Source of the DNA: Occultella glacieicola | Lineage (GTDB): Bacteria > Actinomycetota > Actinomycetes > Actinomycetales > Beutenbergiaceae | DNA: 64,000 nt | Reading direction: 5' to 3' | Assembly (NCBI RefSeq): GCF_004353825.1 | Contig: NZ_SMNA01000003.1 | Span: 186,001 to 250,000 of the forward strand | Part shown: piece after piece, positions 18,745-28,782 of the stretch | Position numbering within the stretch: the stretch's first letter is position 1 | Layout of the letters: every line of letters begins with the position of its first letter | The notes under the pieces: generated by a model | Database searches by the model: none | What the model was told of the DNA's origin: nothing | The model's input: only the letters and a program-made list of their open reading frames with translations | Program-made: the position numbers and the translations under genes

Positions 18745-20011
18745 GGCGCACCGGCCTGGCCAGCTCCTCCAGGCGGGCCCGCTCGAGCCCGTCGAGGTCG
18801 GCGGCCGCCAGAGCACCGCAGTCCAGACCGCGCACCACGAACGCGGCCAACGCCTTCGCCGTCGCCGGTTCGTCCAGGACCGCACCCGCGCGCTCACCGA
18901 GGTAGTCGGTGAGCCGGGCGACGGCGTCCGGCGCCGACGCGCGGAAGTAGGCGTAGGTGGCGGCGAACCGGCTCGGCAGCTGCGCCGGGTGCAGGTCCCA
19001 GCCCTGGTAGAAGCCCCGGTGCAGCGAGCGGGTGACCAACCGGCCGTGCAGCGCCCAGGCCGCGATCACGGCGTCGGGCTCGCCGACCGGCAGCACGTTC
19101 GTCGAACCGTCGGACAGGTGCACGCCGGTTCCTGACGCGGCGAGTTGCATCACCGCCTTGGCGTGGTCCGCGGCGGGATGCTCCATGCTCTGGTCCGCGG
19201 CCGCGATGCCGAGCGAGGCGGAGTAGTCGTAGGTGCCGTAGTGCAGGCCGGTGACCCGGCCCTGTCCCGCGTGCAGCATCGGTGCGATGAGGGCGGTGCC
19301 ATCGGCGCCGAGGATCGCCTGGGGAGTCTCGACCTGGATCTCGAACCGCAGCCGCCCTTCGGGCAGACCCAGTCGGGTCTCGAGGTCCGCGCACGCGAGC
19401 ACCATGGCGCGCACCTGCGCGACCGTGGTGACCTTCGGCAACGTGAGCCTGAGCCCGTCCGGGAGCCCGCCCGCGGCGGCCAGTTCACCGACGAAGAGCG
19501 CGAGGGTCCGGAGCCCGCGTGCGCGCGTGGCCGGCTCGAAGCACTTGAACCGGATCCCGACGAACGGTGGCAGCCGGCCGGCCGCACCGGCCTCGGCAAC
19601 CGCCCGCGCCGCGGCCCTGACGTCCGCGTCCTCGCGCTTCCCTCGATCGCCGTAGCCGTCCTCGAAGTCGATCCGCAGGTCCTCGATCGGCTCCGAGCCG
19701 ACCTTGACCGAGACGAGGTCCGCGATCAGGACCCGCTCCTTCGCCTCCGGGACGAGTCCGTGGGCCTCCAGCAGTCGGTCGATCCCGCCGACCGCGTCGA
19801 GCGCCTCCTGGGCCCGTGCGCCCCAGCGGGCGGACAGGTCCGGACCGAACCTGTCCCCCGGCACGTACACGGTGTGCACCGGCTGCCGGGCACCGGCGTC
19901 CCCCGGGTAGCGCCGGGCCGTGGTGGCATCGGGCTCGGCGAGCAGGTCCTCGATGGCGCGGGTCGCCGCGGACGTCAGGCCCACTCCGTCGGCGTGGTTC
20001 TCCGGCGACAC
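18737..20011 (-). CDS. HpcH/HpaI aldolase/citrate lyase-like (DUF6986-type) protein
   Basis: RQPVHTVYVP, EDLRIDFEDGYG, LTLPKVT, EIQVETPQ, LHYGTYDYSA, FYQGWDLHPAQL. Confidence 0.75.
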   Translation of the reverse strand: MSPENHADGVGLTSAATRAIEDLLAEPDATTARRYPGDAGARQPVHTVYVPGDRFGPDLSARWGARAQEALDAVGGIDRLLEAHGLVPEAKERVLIADLVSVKVGSEPIEDLRIDFEDGYGDRGKREDADVRAAARAVAEAGAAGRLPPFVGIRFKCFEPATRARGLRTLALFVGELAAAGGLPDGLRLTLPKVTTVAQVRAMVLACADLETRLGLPEGRLRFEIQVETPQAILGADGTALIAPMLHAGQGRVTGLHYGTYDYSASLGIAAADQSMEHPAADHAKAVMQLAASGTGVHLSDGSTNVLPVGEPDAVIAAWALHGRLVTRSLHRGFYQGWDLHPAQLPSRFAATYAYFRASAPDAVARLTDYLGERAGAVLDEPATAKALAAFVVRGLDCGALAAADLDGLERARLEELARPVRRA

Positions 20012-20014
20012 CGC

Positions 20015-21472
20015 TCAACCGCCGATCGTTGCGACGAACTCGGCCGCGCCGGCGTCCGGCTCGACCTCGTGCCCGGCGCGCTCCCGCTCGGCCCGGGCCA
20101 CGTCCTGGACCGCCTTCGCGACGGCCTCGGCCACGGTCGCGTCGAAGACGCTCGGCACGATGTAGTTGGGGTTGCGCTCGGAGTCGGCCACGGTGTCCGC
20201 GATCGCGACGGCCGCCGCGCGCAACGTCGCGGGGCTGATGTCGGTCGCGTGGGCGTCCAGCAGACCACGGAACAGCCCCGGGAACGCGAGCACGTTGTTG
20301 ATCTGGTTCGGGTAGTCGCTGCGCCCGGTCGCCACCACCGCGGCGTGCTGGGCGGCCTCGATCGGGTCGACCTCGGGGTCCGGGTTGGCGAGCGCGAACA
20401 CGATCGCCGCCTCGTTCATGGTGGCGACATCCGCACCGTCGAGGATCCCGGCCGCGGAGACGCCGATGAACACGTCCGCGCCTGCCATGCCCTCCTTCAG
20501 GGAACCGGCGAAGCCCTCGGGGTTGGTGTTCTCGGCGAGCCAGCGGCGGTGCTCGTCGACGTACTCGCGGCCGCCGTGCACGGCGCCGGTCCGGTCGAAC
20601 CCGATGATGTTCGTGGCCCCCTCGTCGGCGAGCAGGTGGATGATCGCCGAGCCCGCGGCACCGACCCCGGAGACCACGATGCGCACCTCGGCGATGTCCT
20701 TGCCGACCACCCGGAGCGCGTTGATGAGGGCGGCCAGCACCACGATCGCGGTGCCGTGCTGGTCATCGTGGAAGACCGGGATGTCCAGCTCCTCGCGCAG
20801 CCGACGCTCGATCTCGAAGCACCGCGGAGCCGAGATGTCCTCGAGGTTGATGCCGCCGTAGCCCGGCGCGATCGCCTTGACCACCCTGATGATCTCCTCG
20901 GTGTCCTTGGTGTCCAGGCAGACCGGCCACGCGTCCACCCCCCCGAACTGCTTGAACAGGGCCGCCTTGCCCTCCATCACCGGCATGGCCGCCGCGGGCC
21001 CGATGTCGCCGAGGCCGAGGACGGCGGTGCCGTCCGTGACGACGGCGACCGTGTTCCGCTTGATGGTCAGGCGGCGCGCGTCCTCGGGCTTCTTCGCGAT
21101 CGCCAGGCAGACCCGGGCCACGCCGGGGGTGTATGCGCGGGACAGGTCGTCGCGGTGGCGCAGGTTCACCTTGGGCCGCACCTCGAGCTTGCCGCCCAGA
21201 TGCATCAGGAAAGTGGCGTCGCTGACCTGACGGACATGGACGCCGTCGATCGCCTCGAGGGTCGCCGAGATCGACTCGACGTGCGCGCCGTCGACGGCGT
21301 TGCAGGACACGTCGACGACCATGCCCGTGTCGGTGGACTCGACCACGTCCACACCCGTGACCGCCGCACCCGTGGCGCCGACGGCGGCCACGATGTCCGT
21401 GGTGGTTCGCGGGCCGGTGGGGGCCTCGACGCGCAGGGTGATCGAGTAGCTCGGGCTGGGCAGGGCCATCAT
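20015..21472 (-). CDS. NAD(P)-dependent malic enzyme with N-terminal ACT domain
   Basis: [61 protein letters not shown]. Confidence 0.93.
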   Translation of the reverse strand: MMALPSPSYSITLRVEAPTGPRTTTDIVAAVGATGAAVTGVDVVESTDTGMVVDVSCNAVDGAHVESISATLEAIDGVHVRQVSDATFLMHLGGKLEVRPKVNLRHRDDLSRAYTPGVARVCLAIAKKPEDARRLTIKRNTVAVVTDGTAVLGLGDIGPAAAMPVMEGKAALFKQFGGVDAWPVCLDTKDTEEIIRVVKAIAPGYGGINLEDISAPRCFEIERRLREELDIPVFHDDQHGTAIVVLAALINALRVVGKDIAEVRIVVSGVGAAGSAIIHLLADEGATNIIGFDRTGAVHGGREYVDEHRRWLAENTNPEGFAGSLKEGMAGADVFIGVSAAGILDGADVATMNEAAIVFALANPDPEVDPIEAAQHAAVVATGRSDYPNQINNVLAFPGLFRGLLDAHATDISPATLRAAAVAIADTVADSERNPNYIVPSVFDATVAEAVAKAVQDVARAERERAGHEVEPDAGAAEFVATIGG

Positions 21473-21503
21473 CGGTCCAATCTCTCGCGATTCGGATTCA
21501 CAC

Positions 21504-21518
21504 TTCCACTCAGCGGAA
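21504..21518. promoter_or_regulatory. IclR/AllR-type operator TTCC-N7-GGAA
   Basis: TTCCACTCAGCGGAA between the divergent malic enzyme and IclR genes; same motif at 26539 and 28866. Confidence 0.75.
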
Positions 21519-21574
21519 GCATAGGTGATACTGGGAGGTCAAGGAAGTGGCCGGACATACGAGAAGGTAGAGAC

Positions 21575-22387
21575 ATGGGAAGCACAGACAGCACAGGCTC
21601 GTCGGGAGCGCCCCAGCCGGAACCACGGGAGAAGGTCGCGAGCGGCCAGGTGCAGTCCGTCGACCGGGCCATCGAGCTCCTGGAACTGATGGCGGACGCC
21701 GGCGGTGAGGCCGCGCTGTCCGAGCTCGCCGCGAGCACGGGGCTGCCGCTGCCGACCATCCATCGGCTGATGCGCACGCTCCTGTCCCGCGGGTACGTGC
21801 GCCAGCTCCCCTCGCGGCGGTACACGCTCGGGCCGCGGTTGATCCGGCTCGGCGAGAGCGCGGGACGCCAGCTCGGCGCCGGGGCCCGCCCCTACCTCAC
21901 GGCCCTCGCGGCCGAACTCGGGGAGACCGTCAACCTGGCGATGATCGACCGGGACATGGCCGTGTACGTGGCCCAGGCGGCGTCGCGGCACTCGATGCGG
22001 ATGTTCACCGAGGTCGGCCGCCGGGTGTTCACCCACGCGACCGGGGTGGGCAAGGCGGTGCTGGCCCAGCTGCCCGACGCCACGGTGCTGGAGATCGTGG
22101 CCCGGGTCGGGATGCCCGCCGCGACCCCGCAGACGATCACGGACCCGCAGGCCCTGCTGACCGAGCTGGCGACGATCCGGGAGCGCGGGTACGCCATCGA
22201 TGACGGTGAGCAGGAGATCGGCGTGCGCTGCTTCGCCGTCGAGGTGCCCGGCGCGCCCACGCCGACGGCCCTGTCGATCTCCGGGCCGTCCGCCCGGGTG
22301 GGATACGACTTCGCCGAGACCGCGGTGCCGGTGCTGCACCGCACCGCGGCCGAGCTGGCGAAGGAACTCATCTCCCCCGGCGCCTGA
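21575..22387 (+). CDS. IclR family regulator (AllR-like)
   Basis: VQSVDRAIELLE, LPLPTIHRLMRTL, GETVNLA, HATGVGKA, IRERGYAIDDGEQEIG; purine-catabolism context. Confidence 0.92.
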   Translation: MGSTDSTGSSGAPQPEPREKVASGQVQSVDRAIELLELMADAGGEAALSELAASTGLPLPTIHRLMRTLLSRGYVRQLPSRRYTLGPRLIRLGESAGRQLGAGARPYLTALAAELGETVNLAMIDRDMAVYVAQAASRHSMRMFTEVGRRVFTHATGVGKAVLAQLPDATVLEIVARVGMPAATPQTITDPQALLTELATIRERGYAIDDGEQEIGVRCFAVEVPGAPTPTALSISGPSARVGYDFAETAVPVLHRTAAELAKELISPGA

Positions 22388-22420
22388 CGTCACCTCGTCA
22401 CCCTCCTCCCGCGCCCGCCC

Positions 22421-23977
22421 TCACGCCCCGTCGCAGACCGCCTTGACCTCGTCACGGCTGGTGATCTCGCCGGCCTCGACCTTGCGCTTGACATCGTCGT
22501 ACCGGTGATCGGGGACGATCGGGACCTCCTCACCCTCGGCGTCGACGAGCCTGCCGTCCACCAGCGTGTCTCCCTCGCGCAGCGCCTGCAGGTCGACCTG
22601 CTTCATCAGCCGGACCGAGGTCCCGGCCACGAACACCGAGGCCTGGTCCGTGTTGCCTGCCCGGATGTGGTTGAAGACGATGTTCAGCACCACGGCCATG
22701 AGTGCCGCGGAACTGATCCCGGAGTGGAAGATGATCGTGAACCAGTCCGGGAAGGCGTCGTAGAACGTCGGCTGGACCACGGGAATGAGCCCGAACGCCA
22801 GGGACACCGCGACGATGATCAGGTTCATGTTGTTCTCGTACTTCACCTTGGCCAGGGTGCGGATGCCGGCGGCGGCCACAGTCCCGAACAGCACCACGCC
22901 GGCGCCGCCGAGGACCGGCGTCGGGATCGCCGCGACCACCCGGCCCACGAGCGGGAACAGACCCAGCACCACGAGGATCACGCCACCGGCGGTGACCACG
23001 AACCGGCTCCTCACCCCGGTGATGGCGACCAGCCCCACGTTCTGGGCGAACGCCGTCTGCGGGAACGAGTTGAACACCGGCGCGACGGCGGAGGAGAGCA
23101 TGTCGGCACGCAGGCCGTCCGCGATCCGGCGGGAGTTCACCTTCGTCTTGACCACCTCGCCGACGGCGAGGATGTCCGCGGTGGTCTCGGTCATCGTCAC
23201 GATGATCACGATCAGCATCGAGACGATCGCGGCGACGTCGAAGGTGGGCCAGCCGAACGCGAACGGGGTCGGGAACGCGACCACGGCGCCGTCGCCGATC
23301 CCGGAGAAGTCGGCCATGCCGAGCGCCGCGGCCACGATCGTGCCGACCACGATCGCGAGCAGGATGGACAGCCGGGAGAGCGTGGCACTGTTGACCTTCG
23401 ACAGGATCAGCACGACGGCCAGGGTGAGGGCCGCCAGGCCGATGTTGGCCATGCTGCCGTAGTCCTCGGCCTCGGCGTTGCCGCCCATCGCCCAGTTCGC
23501 GGCCACCGGCATCAGGGTCAGGCCGATGGTCGTGATCACGACACCGGTCACGACCGGCGGGAAGAACCTGATGATCTGTGCGAAGAACGGTGCGATCAGC
23601 AGCCCGATCAGCGAGGCCACGAGCACGGCGCCGAACACGTCACCGAGGCCGCCTCCGCCGTCGAGGATCGCGAGCATGGTGGCCACGCCGGCGAACGAGA
23701 CGCCCTGCACGAGCGGGAGCTGGGACCCGAAGAACGGCAGCCCGAAGGACTGCAGGATCGTGGCCAGCCCGCCGATGAACAGGCAGGACGCGATCAGCAG
23801 GCCGATCTCCCCGGGGGCGAGACCGGCCGCGCCGCCCATGATCAGCGGAACGGCGATGATGCCGCCATACATCGTCAGCACGTGCTGGAGGCCGTAGGCG
23901 AACGAGGCACCGATCGAGAGGCGCTCGTCCTCCGGCCTCGCAGGCCCGGTGCGTGTGCTTGCTGTTGCTTCCGCCAT
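22421..23977 (-). CDS. Nucleobase:cation symporter-2 (uric acid/xanthine permease)
   Basis: YGLQHVLTMY, FPPVVTG, NAT signature FAQNVGLVAITG; AGGAG spacing favours ATG 23977 (alternative GTG 23986). Confidence 0.92.
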   Translation of the reverse strand: MAEATASTRTGPARPEDERLSIGASFAYGLQHVLTMYGGIIAVPLIMGGAAGLAPGEIGLLIASCLFIGGLATILQSFGLPFFGSQLPLVQGVSFAGVATMLAILDGGGGLGDVFGAVLVASLIGLLIAPFFAQIIRFFPPVVTGVVITTIGLTLMPVAANWAMGGNAEAEDYGSMANIGLAALTLAVVLILSKVNSATLSRLSILLAIVVGTIVAAALGMADFSGIGDGAVVAFPTPFAFGWPTFDVAAIVSMLIVIIVTMTETTADILAVGEVVKTKVNSRRIADGLRADMLSSAVAPVFNSFPQTAFAQNVGLVAITGVRSRFVVTAGGVILVVLGLFPLVGRVVAAIPTPVLGGAGVVLFGTVAAAGIRTLAKVKYENNMNLIIVAVSLAFGLIPVVQPTFYDAFPDWFTIIFHSGISSAALMAVVLNIVFNHIRAGNTDQASVFVAGTSVRLMKQVDLQALREGDTLVDGRLVDAEGEEVPIVPDHRYDDVKRKVEAGEITSRDEVKAVCDGA

Positions 23978-24101
23978 GGTTGTCACTCTCCTTCGAGTCT
24001 GGTCGGGCCGGCTCGCGAGCCACCTGCGACGGCGGCTCTCGGGTCCGGCGGGACCGTTGCGGTTCGGTGGTTCGTCAGGTCCGGCGGGCTACGCTCGCCG
24101 G

Positions 24102-24737
24102 GTGGATGTGTGTGGCGTGGTGCTCGCGGCCGGCGGTGGGAGCCGGCTCGGTCGCGGCCCGAAGGCCCTGCTGACCCACCGGGGCGCGCCGCTCGTGGAG
24201 CACGTCGTCGGCGCCCTGCGCGACGGCGGCTGTGATCGAGTGGTCGTGGTCCTCGGCGCCGAGGCGGACCGGGTGCGGGCGGCGACGGAACTCGGCTCTG
24301 CCCGGGTGCTGGTGAACCACGACTGGGCCGGCGGGCTGGCGTCCTCCTTCCGGGCGGGCGTTGCCGCTGCCATGGCGACCACCCAAGAAGGCGCCGCCGA
24401 CGCACCCGGTCAGGCGCCGCCGTCGGGCATCGATGCCGTGCTGATCGCACTCGTGGACCAACCCGGCGTCAGCGGCGCGCTCGTGGCACACCTGCTGGCC
24501 GAGCACCGGCCGGGCACGGTCACGGCGGCGCGGTTCGGGCCCCGCGCCCGACCCGGCCACCCCATGGTCCTCGACGCCGGGATCGCCGTCGCCGCGGCGG
24601 CGCTCGCGACCGGTGACGAGGGCGCCCGGCGCTACCTGCGCGCGCACCCGGAGGTGCTGCGCCCGGTGGACTGCACGGGGCTCGGCGCGGCGGAGGACGT
24701 GGACGTGCCGGCGGACCTGCACCGGCTCGAGGCCTGA
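24102..24737 (+). CDS. Nucleotidyltransferase, molybdenum cofactor cytidylyltransferase (MocA)-like
   Basis: VVLAAGGGSRLG, PKALL, LVDQP, GHP, GDEGAR, DVDVPADL; TACGCT 6 nt upstream of GTG (leaderless). Confidence 0.8.
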   Translation: MDVCGVVLAAGGGSRLGRGPKALLTHRGAPLVEHVVGALRDGGCDRVVVVLGAEADRVRAATELGSARVLVNHDWAGGLASSFRAGVAAAMATTQEGAADAPGQAPPSGIDAVLIALVDQPGVSGALVAHLLAEHRPGTVTAARFGPRARPGHPMVLDAGIAVAAAALATGDEGARRYLRAHPEVLRPVDCTGLGAAEDVDVPADLHRLEA

Positions 24738-24760
24738 CTGCCGCGCCATCACCGCTCCGA

Positions 24761-25672
24761 TCAGCAGAAGCCGGTGACCGTGGCCCAGGCTCGCGGCTCC
24801 GGAGTGGCGTCCTTGCGCTGCACCGTCGCCTCGATCAACCCGTAGGGACGGTCCGCCGCGAAGAAGACCACGTTCGGGTTGTCCTGGCCGAACGGGCTCA
24901 GGTCCACGAGGAAGTGGTGCTTGTTCGGCATCGAGAACTTGATCTCGGCGATCTCCGGGTGCGCCTCGAGGACCGCGACACCCATCTGGTACAGCGTCTG
25001 CTGGAGCGCGTAGGAGTGCTGGGTGGCGAACTGCTCCAGCATCAGCCGGCGGACGTCGTCGAACACCGCGTCGAAGTCCAGATCGGTGCGGGTGTAACGC
25101 CACCGCGCCTTCACGTCGGTCGCCAGGATCCGGTCGGTGGCCTCGGCGAGCGTCGTGTACGTGTCGCGGGTGAAGCCGACGAACTCCGATGCGGTGGACT
25201 TCAGGACGGTGAGGTCCTGCAGACCGGCGACGACGAACACGTCCTCGCCATCGCGCTGGACCACGACGGTGCGGACCTCGGTGCCGCTCTTCACGAACGA
25301 GTGGTCGTGCTCGCCCGCCCCGGTGGGGATGCGGACCCAGGAGTACTTCTCGATCTCCCAGCGACCGCCGGAGATCCAGTCGTAGGTGGACGTGAAGTGC
25401 TCGCCGAGGCGGAGCGCGAACTCCTCCGGGGTGCCGACGCCGCCCCGGGCCAGGGAGTAGACGGTGTTCTTCTGGCTGTCGGTCGCCACGCAGTGCGCGT
25501 TGTCCCCGTCGGTGTGGATCGCGTCCAGGTCGCCGCGTAGCTGTGAGGAGACGTTGAAGTCGGTGATCTCGTGGCGCGGGGTCTCCCGCTCGATGCGGAC
25601 GAGGCGGACCTCGGCCTTGCCGTACTGGTTCTCGCCCAGGACGGCGATGTCACTGGTCGTGGTGTCGGGCAT
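24761..25672 (-). CDS. pucL: Factor-independent urate hydroxylase (uricase)
   Basis: LGENQYGKAEVR, VATDSQKNTVY, VLKST, DRILAT, SYALQQTLY, MPNKHHF, ADRPYGLIE. Confidence 0.96.
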   Translation of the reverse strand: MPDTTTSDIAVLGENQYGKAEVRLVRIERETPRHEITDFNVSSQLRGDLDAIHTDGDNAHCVATDSQKNTVYSLARGGVGTPEEFALRLGEHFTSTYDWISGGRWEIEKYSWVRIPTGAGEHDHSFVKSGTEVRTVVVQRDGEDVFVVAGLQDLTVLKSTASEFVGFTRDTYTTLAEATDRILATDVKARWRYTRTDLDFDAVFDDVRRLMLEQFATQHSYALQQTLYQMGVAVLEAHPEIAEIKFSMPNKHHFLVDLSPFGQDNPNVVFFAADRPYGLIEATVQRKDATPEPRAWATVTGFC

Positions 25673-25673
25673 G

Positions 25674-26012
25674 TCAGCTCCCTCGGTAGGTGGAGTAGGC
25701 GAACGGGCTCAGCAGCACCGGTACGTGGTAGTGCTGGTCCGATCCGGCGACCCGGAACGCCACGGTGACCTCCGGGTAGAACGTGTCGACGCCGCGGGCG
25801 TCGAAGTAGGCACCGGTGGCGAAGGTGAGCCGGTAGGTGCCCTCGGGCAGGGCGTCCGGCCCGAGGTCGGTGACTCGGCCGTCGTCGTCGGTGGTCCCGG
25901 TGGCGACGTCGGACCAACCGGAGCCACGGGCGCGCCCCTCGAGCAGCACGGCGATCCCGGCCGCGGGCCGGCCGGCCGAGGCATCGAGGACGTGGGTGGT
26001 GACGTGGGACAT
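25674..26012 (-). CDS. uraH: 5-hydroxyisourate hydrolase
   Basis: TTHVLD, TDDDGR, FYPEV, HYHVP, C-terminal YSTYRGS. Confidence 0.96.
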   Translation of the reverse strand: MSHVTTHVLDASAGRPAAGIAVLLEGRARGSGWSDVATGTTDDDGRVTDLGPDALPEGTYRLTFATGAYFDARGVDTFYPEVTVAFRVAGSDQHYHVPVLLSPFAYSTYRGS

Positions 26013-26512
26013 CAGGGGGTTCCTTCCAGGAGGGTCTCCAGGCGCAGGACGGCGATCTCACGCAACTGCTCCGCTGCGGTCCGGCGCTCCTGCTCGGGGG
26101 TGTGCGTGAGCCGCTCGTCGAGGGACGCGAGGATCTCGGCGGCGCTGCGGCCTGCGGCCCGGATCAGGAACACGTGGCCGAACCGCTCCTCGTACGCCAG
26201 GTTGCCGGCCCGCAGCCGCTCCTGCACGTCGCCGCCGGTGTCGACGCCGGACTGTTCGCGGCGCGACATCGCGGCACCGGGGCCGGTACCCTCGGCGCGT
26301 TCGCCGATGCGCGGGTGGCCGGCCAGCGCGGCGTCGATCTCGGTGTCGGTCCAGGGCCTCGCGGCGGTGCGTGCCGCGCCCAGGACGTTGGCGACGCCGG
26401 CGAACGGCCGGGCCTCGGCGACCTCCTCGGCCCACCGCTCGACGTCGGCGCAGGCACGCAGCAGGCCCAGGACCTCGTCCCGGGGGGCGGTGTTGAACTC
26501 GACCAGCCTCAT
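26012..26512 (-). CDS. uraD: OHCU decarboxylase
   Basis: GHPRIGE, SRREQSG, YEERFGHVFLIRAAG, EQLREIA. Confidence 0.94.
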   Translation of the reverse strand: MRLVEFNTAPRDEVLGLLRACADVERWAEEVAEARPFAGVANVLGAARTAARPWTDTEIDAALAGHPRIGERAEGTGPGAAMSRREQSGVDTGGDVQERLRAGNLAYEERFGHVFLIRAAGRSAAEILASLDERLTHTPEQERRTAAEQLREIAVLRLETLLEGTP

Positions 26513-26538
26513 CGCTCGGTGCCTACACCTTCGTTGAC

Positions 26539-26553
26539 TTCCACATACTGGAA
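26539..26553. promoter_or_regulatory. IclR/AllR-type operator upstream of uraD
   Basis: TTCCACATACTGGAA, just downstream of the predicted promoter. Confidence 0.75.
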
Positions 26554-26572
26554 TCGAACTTCTGCTAATCGC

Positions 26573-26602
26573 AAGTTACTCGCTTGGTTCGCGCGCTGTC
26601 AA
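26573..26602 (-). promoter_or_regulatory. Housekeeping-sigma promoter for uraD-uraH-pucL
   Basis: Minus strand TTGACA (26602-26597), 18-nt spacer, TAACTT (26578-26573). Confidence 0.65.
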
Positions 26603-26700
26603 GGGCTCCGGCGACGGCCCGAGGCGACCGCGCCGAGCGTCGGGCGAAACGACCGCGGGCAGGCACCCGAGGGATGCCTGCCCGCTGTGTCCACACGCGC

Positions 26701-27177
26701 CTACGCGACGCCCAGTTCCTCGCGCAGCGCGCGCACATGCCCCTGAGCCGGCACGTCGTACGCGACCGAGGCCAGGGTGCCGTCCGGCGCCACGACGAAG
26801 GTCGAGCGGTGCACCGAGTCGAACGTGCGGTCACCGAACGTGACCGGACCCCAGGTTCCGTAGGCGTCCGCGACCGAGTGGTCGAGGTCGGAGGCGAGCG
26901 GGAAGTTCAGGTGTTGCGCCGCCGCGAAGGCCTGCAGGTCCTCGATCGGGTCGGCGGAGATGCCGACGACGGCGTAGCCGGCGCCCTGCAGGGAGGCCAG
27001 GGCATCCCGGAAGTCGCACGCCTCGGTGGTGCACCCGGGGGTGCTCGCCTTCGGGTAGAAGTACACGATCACGCCGTTGGTGGCGGCTGAGCGCAGGTCG
27101 GCCAGGGAGGCCTTCTCCCCGGCGGCGGTCGGCAGGCTGAAGTCGGGCGCGGGCTGTCCCACATCGAGTCGGCTCAT
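26701..27177 (-). CDS. bcp: Peroxiredoxin (BCP/PrxQ)
   Basis: APDFSL, VYFYPKASTPGCTTEACDFRD, FPLASD, RSTFVV. Confidence 0.9.
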   Translation of the reverse strand: MSRLDVGQPAPDFSLPTAAGEKASLADLRSAATNGVIVYFYPKASTPGCTTEACDFRDALASLQGAGYAVVGISADPIEDLQAFAAAQHLNFPLASDLDHSVADAYGTWGPVTFGDRTFDSVHRSTFVVAPDGTLASVAYDVPAQGHVRALREELGVA

Positions 27178-27195
27178 CGGATTCTGTCGGTCCTC

Positions 27196-28782
27196 TCAGG
27201 GCATGCGTTCGTAGGCGGGCAGGGTGAGGAAGTCGGCGTAGTCGTCCGCGACGGCCACGTCCAGGAACGTCTGGCGGGCCTCGGCGTAGTCGGCCGGGGC
27301 GCCGTCGAGCTTGTCGACCTCCTCCGTCACGAGGCGGTCGATCAGCTCGCGGGTCACCGTCTCGCCGCTGTCCGCGAGGACGATGTCGTTGTGCAGCCAC
27401 TGCCACACCTGCGAGCGGGAGATCTCGGCCGTAGCGGCGTCCTCCATCAGGTTGTTGATGGCGACCGCGCCGAGCCCACCGAGCCAGGCGTGCAGGTACT
27501 GGATGCCGACCGAGATGTTCGAGCGCAACCCCACCTCGGTGACGTCACCCGGCGTCGCAGCCACGTTCAGCAGGTCCGCGGCGGTGACGGTCACGTCGTC
27601 GCGGGTGACGTCGATCTGGTTCGGCCGGTCACCGAGAACGCCGGTGAAGACCTCCTGGCAGAGCTCGACCATGCCCGGGTGGGCCACCCAGGATCCGTCG
27701 AAGCCGAGGTTCGCCTCGCGGGTCTTGTCCGCGCGCACCTTCTCGAAGGCCGCCTCGTTGACCTGCGGGTCACGCGAGGGGATGAAGGCCGCCATGCCGC
27801 CGATCGCGTGGGCGCCGCGCTTGTGGCAGGTCTGCACGAGCAGGTCGCAGTAGGCCTTCATGAACGGCACCGTCATCGTCACGGAGTTGCGGTCCGGGAG
27901 CAGGAACTCGGTGCCGCGGGTACGGAACGACTTGATGACCGAGAACATGAAGTCCCAGCGGCCGGCGTTCAGTCCCGCGGAGTGCTCGCGCAACTCGTAG
28001 AGGATCTCGTCCATCTCGAACGCCGCGGGGTAGGTCTCGATCAGGACGGTGGCGCGGATGGTGCCCCGGCCGATGCCGAGCGCGTCCTGCCCGATCAGGA
28101 AGGCGTCGTTCCACAGCCGCGCCTCGAGGTGGGACTCCATCTTCGGCAGGTAGAAGTACGGACCGAGACCCTTCTCGATCTGACGCAGGCCGGCCGTGGC
28201 CAGGTAGAGCGCGAAGTCCACGAGGCTGCCGGAGACGACCTCGCCGTCGACCGTGATGTGCTTCTCGGGCAGGTGCCAGCCACGCGGGCGGACCACGATC
28301 GTGGCGAGCGCGTCGTCGCTCTTGAGTGCGTAGGACTTGCCCGTCTCTGCCGTGAAGTCGATGGTGCGGTTGATGGCGTCGAGCAGGTTGACCTGGCCGC
28401 CGATCACCGAGGTCCAGTGCGGGGTGTTCGCGTCCTCCTGGTCCGCCAGCCACACCTTCGCCCCGGAGTTGAGGGCGTTGATGGTCATCTTGCGGTCGGT
28501 CGGACCGGTGATCTCGACGCGCCGGTCGACCAGACCCGGCGCGGCCGGCGCGACCCGCCAGGAGTCGTCGGCGCGGATGTGGGCGGTCTCGGGCAGGAAG
28601 TCGAGGGTGCCGCCCTCGGCGAGGGCGCGAACGCGCTCGGTGCGCGCGGCGAGCAGTTCCAGCCGCCGGGCGCCGAGTTGGCGATGCAGGCTCGCGATCA
28701 GTTCGAGGGCCGGGGTGGTGAGGACCTCCTCGGCCCGCTCGGGGAGATCGCCGATGATCTCGAGGCCGGACACATCGCTCAT
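27196..28782 (-). CDS. aceB: Malate synthase A
   Basis: DRRVEITGP, RPRGWHL, YFYLPKMESHLEARLWN, GLNAGRWD, GAHAIGGM, LMEDAATAEISR. Confidence 0.96.
   Translation of the reverse strand: MSDVSGLEIIGDLPERAEEVLTTPALELIASLHRQLGARRLELLAARTERVRALAEGGTLDFLPETAHIRADDSWRVAPAAPGLVDRRVEITGPTDRKMTINALNSGAKVWLADQEDANTPHWTSVIGGQVNLLDAINRTIDFTAETGKSYALKSDDALATIVVRPRGWHLPEKHITVDGEVVSGSLVDFALYLATAGLRQIEKGLGPYFYLPKMESHLEARLWNDAFLIGQDALGIGRGTIRATVLIETYPAAFEMDEILYELREHSAGLNAGRWDFMFSVIKSFRTRGTEFLLPDRNSVTMTVPFMKAYCDLLVQTCHKRGAHAIGGMAAFIPSRDPQVNEAAFEKVRADKTREANLGFDGSWVAHPGMVELCQEVFTGVLGDRPNQIDVTRDDVTVTAADLLNVAATPGDVTEVGLRSNISVGIQYLHAWLGGLGAVAINNLMEDAATAEISRSQVWQWLHNDIVLADSGETVTRELIDRLVTEEVDKLDGAPADYAEARQTFLDVAVADDYADFLTLPAYERMP

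Noticed and set aside
19145..21574. 1080-aa ORF 19145..22387 as a giant IclR fusion
   Set aside because: The upstream part is the antisense shadow of the malic enzyme and lyase genes; only 21575-22387 has IclR motifs and an RBS.
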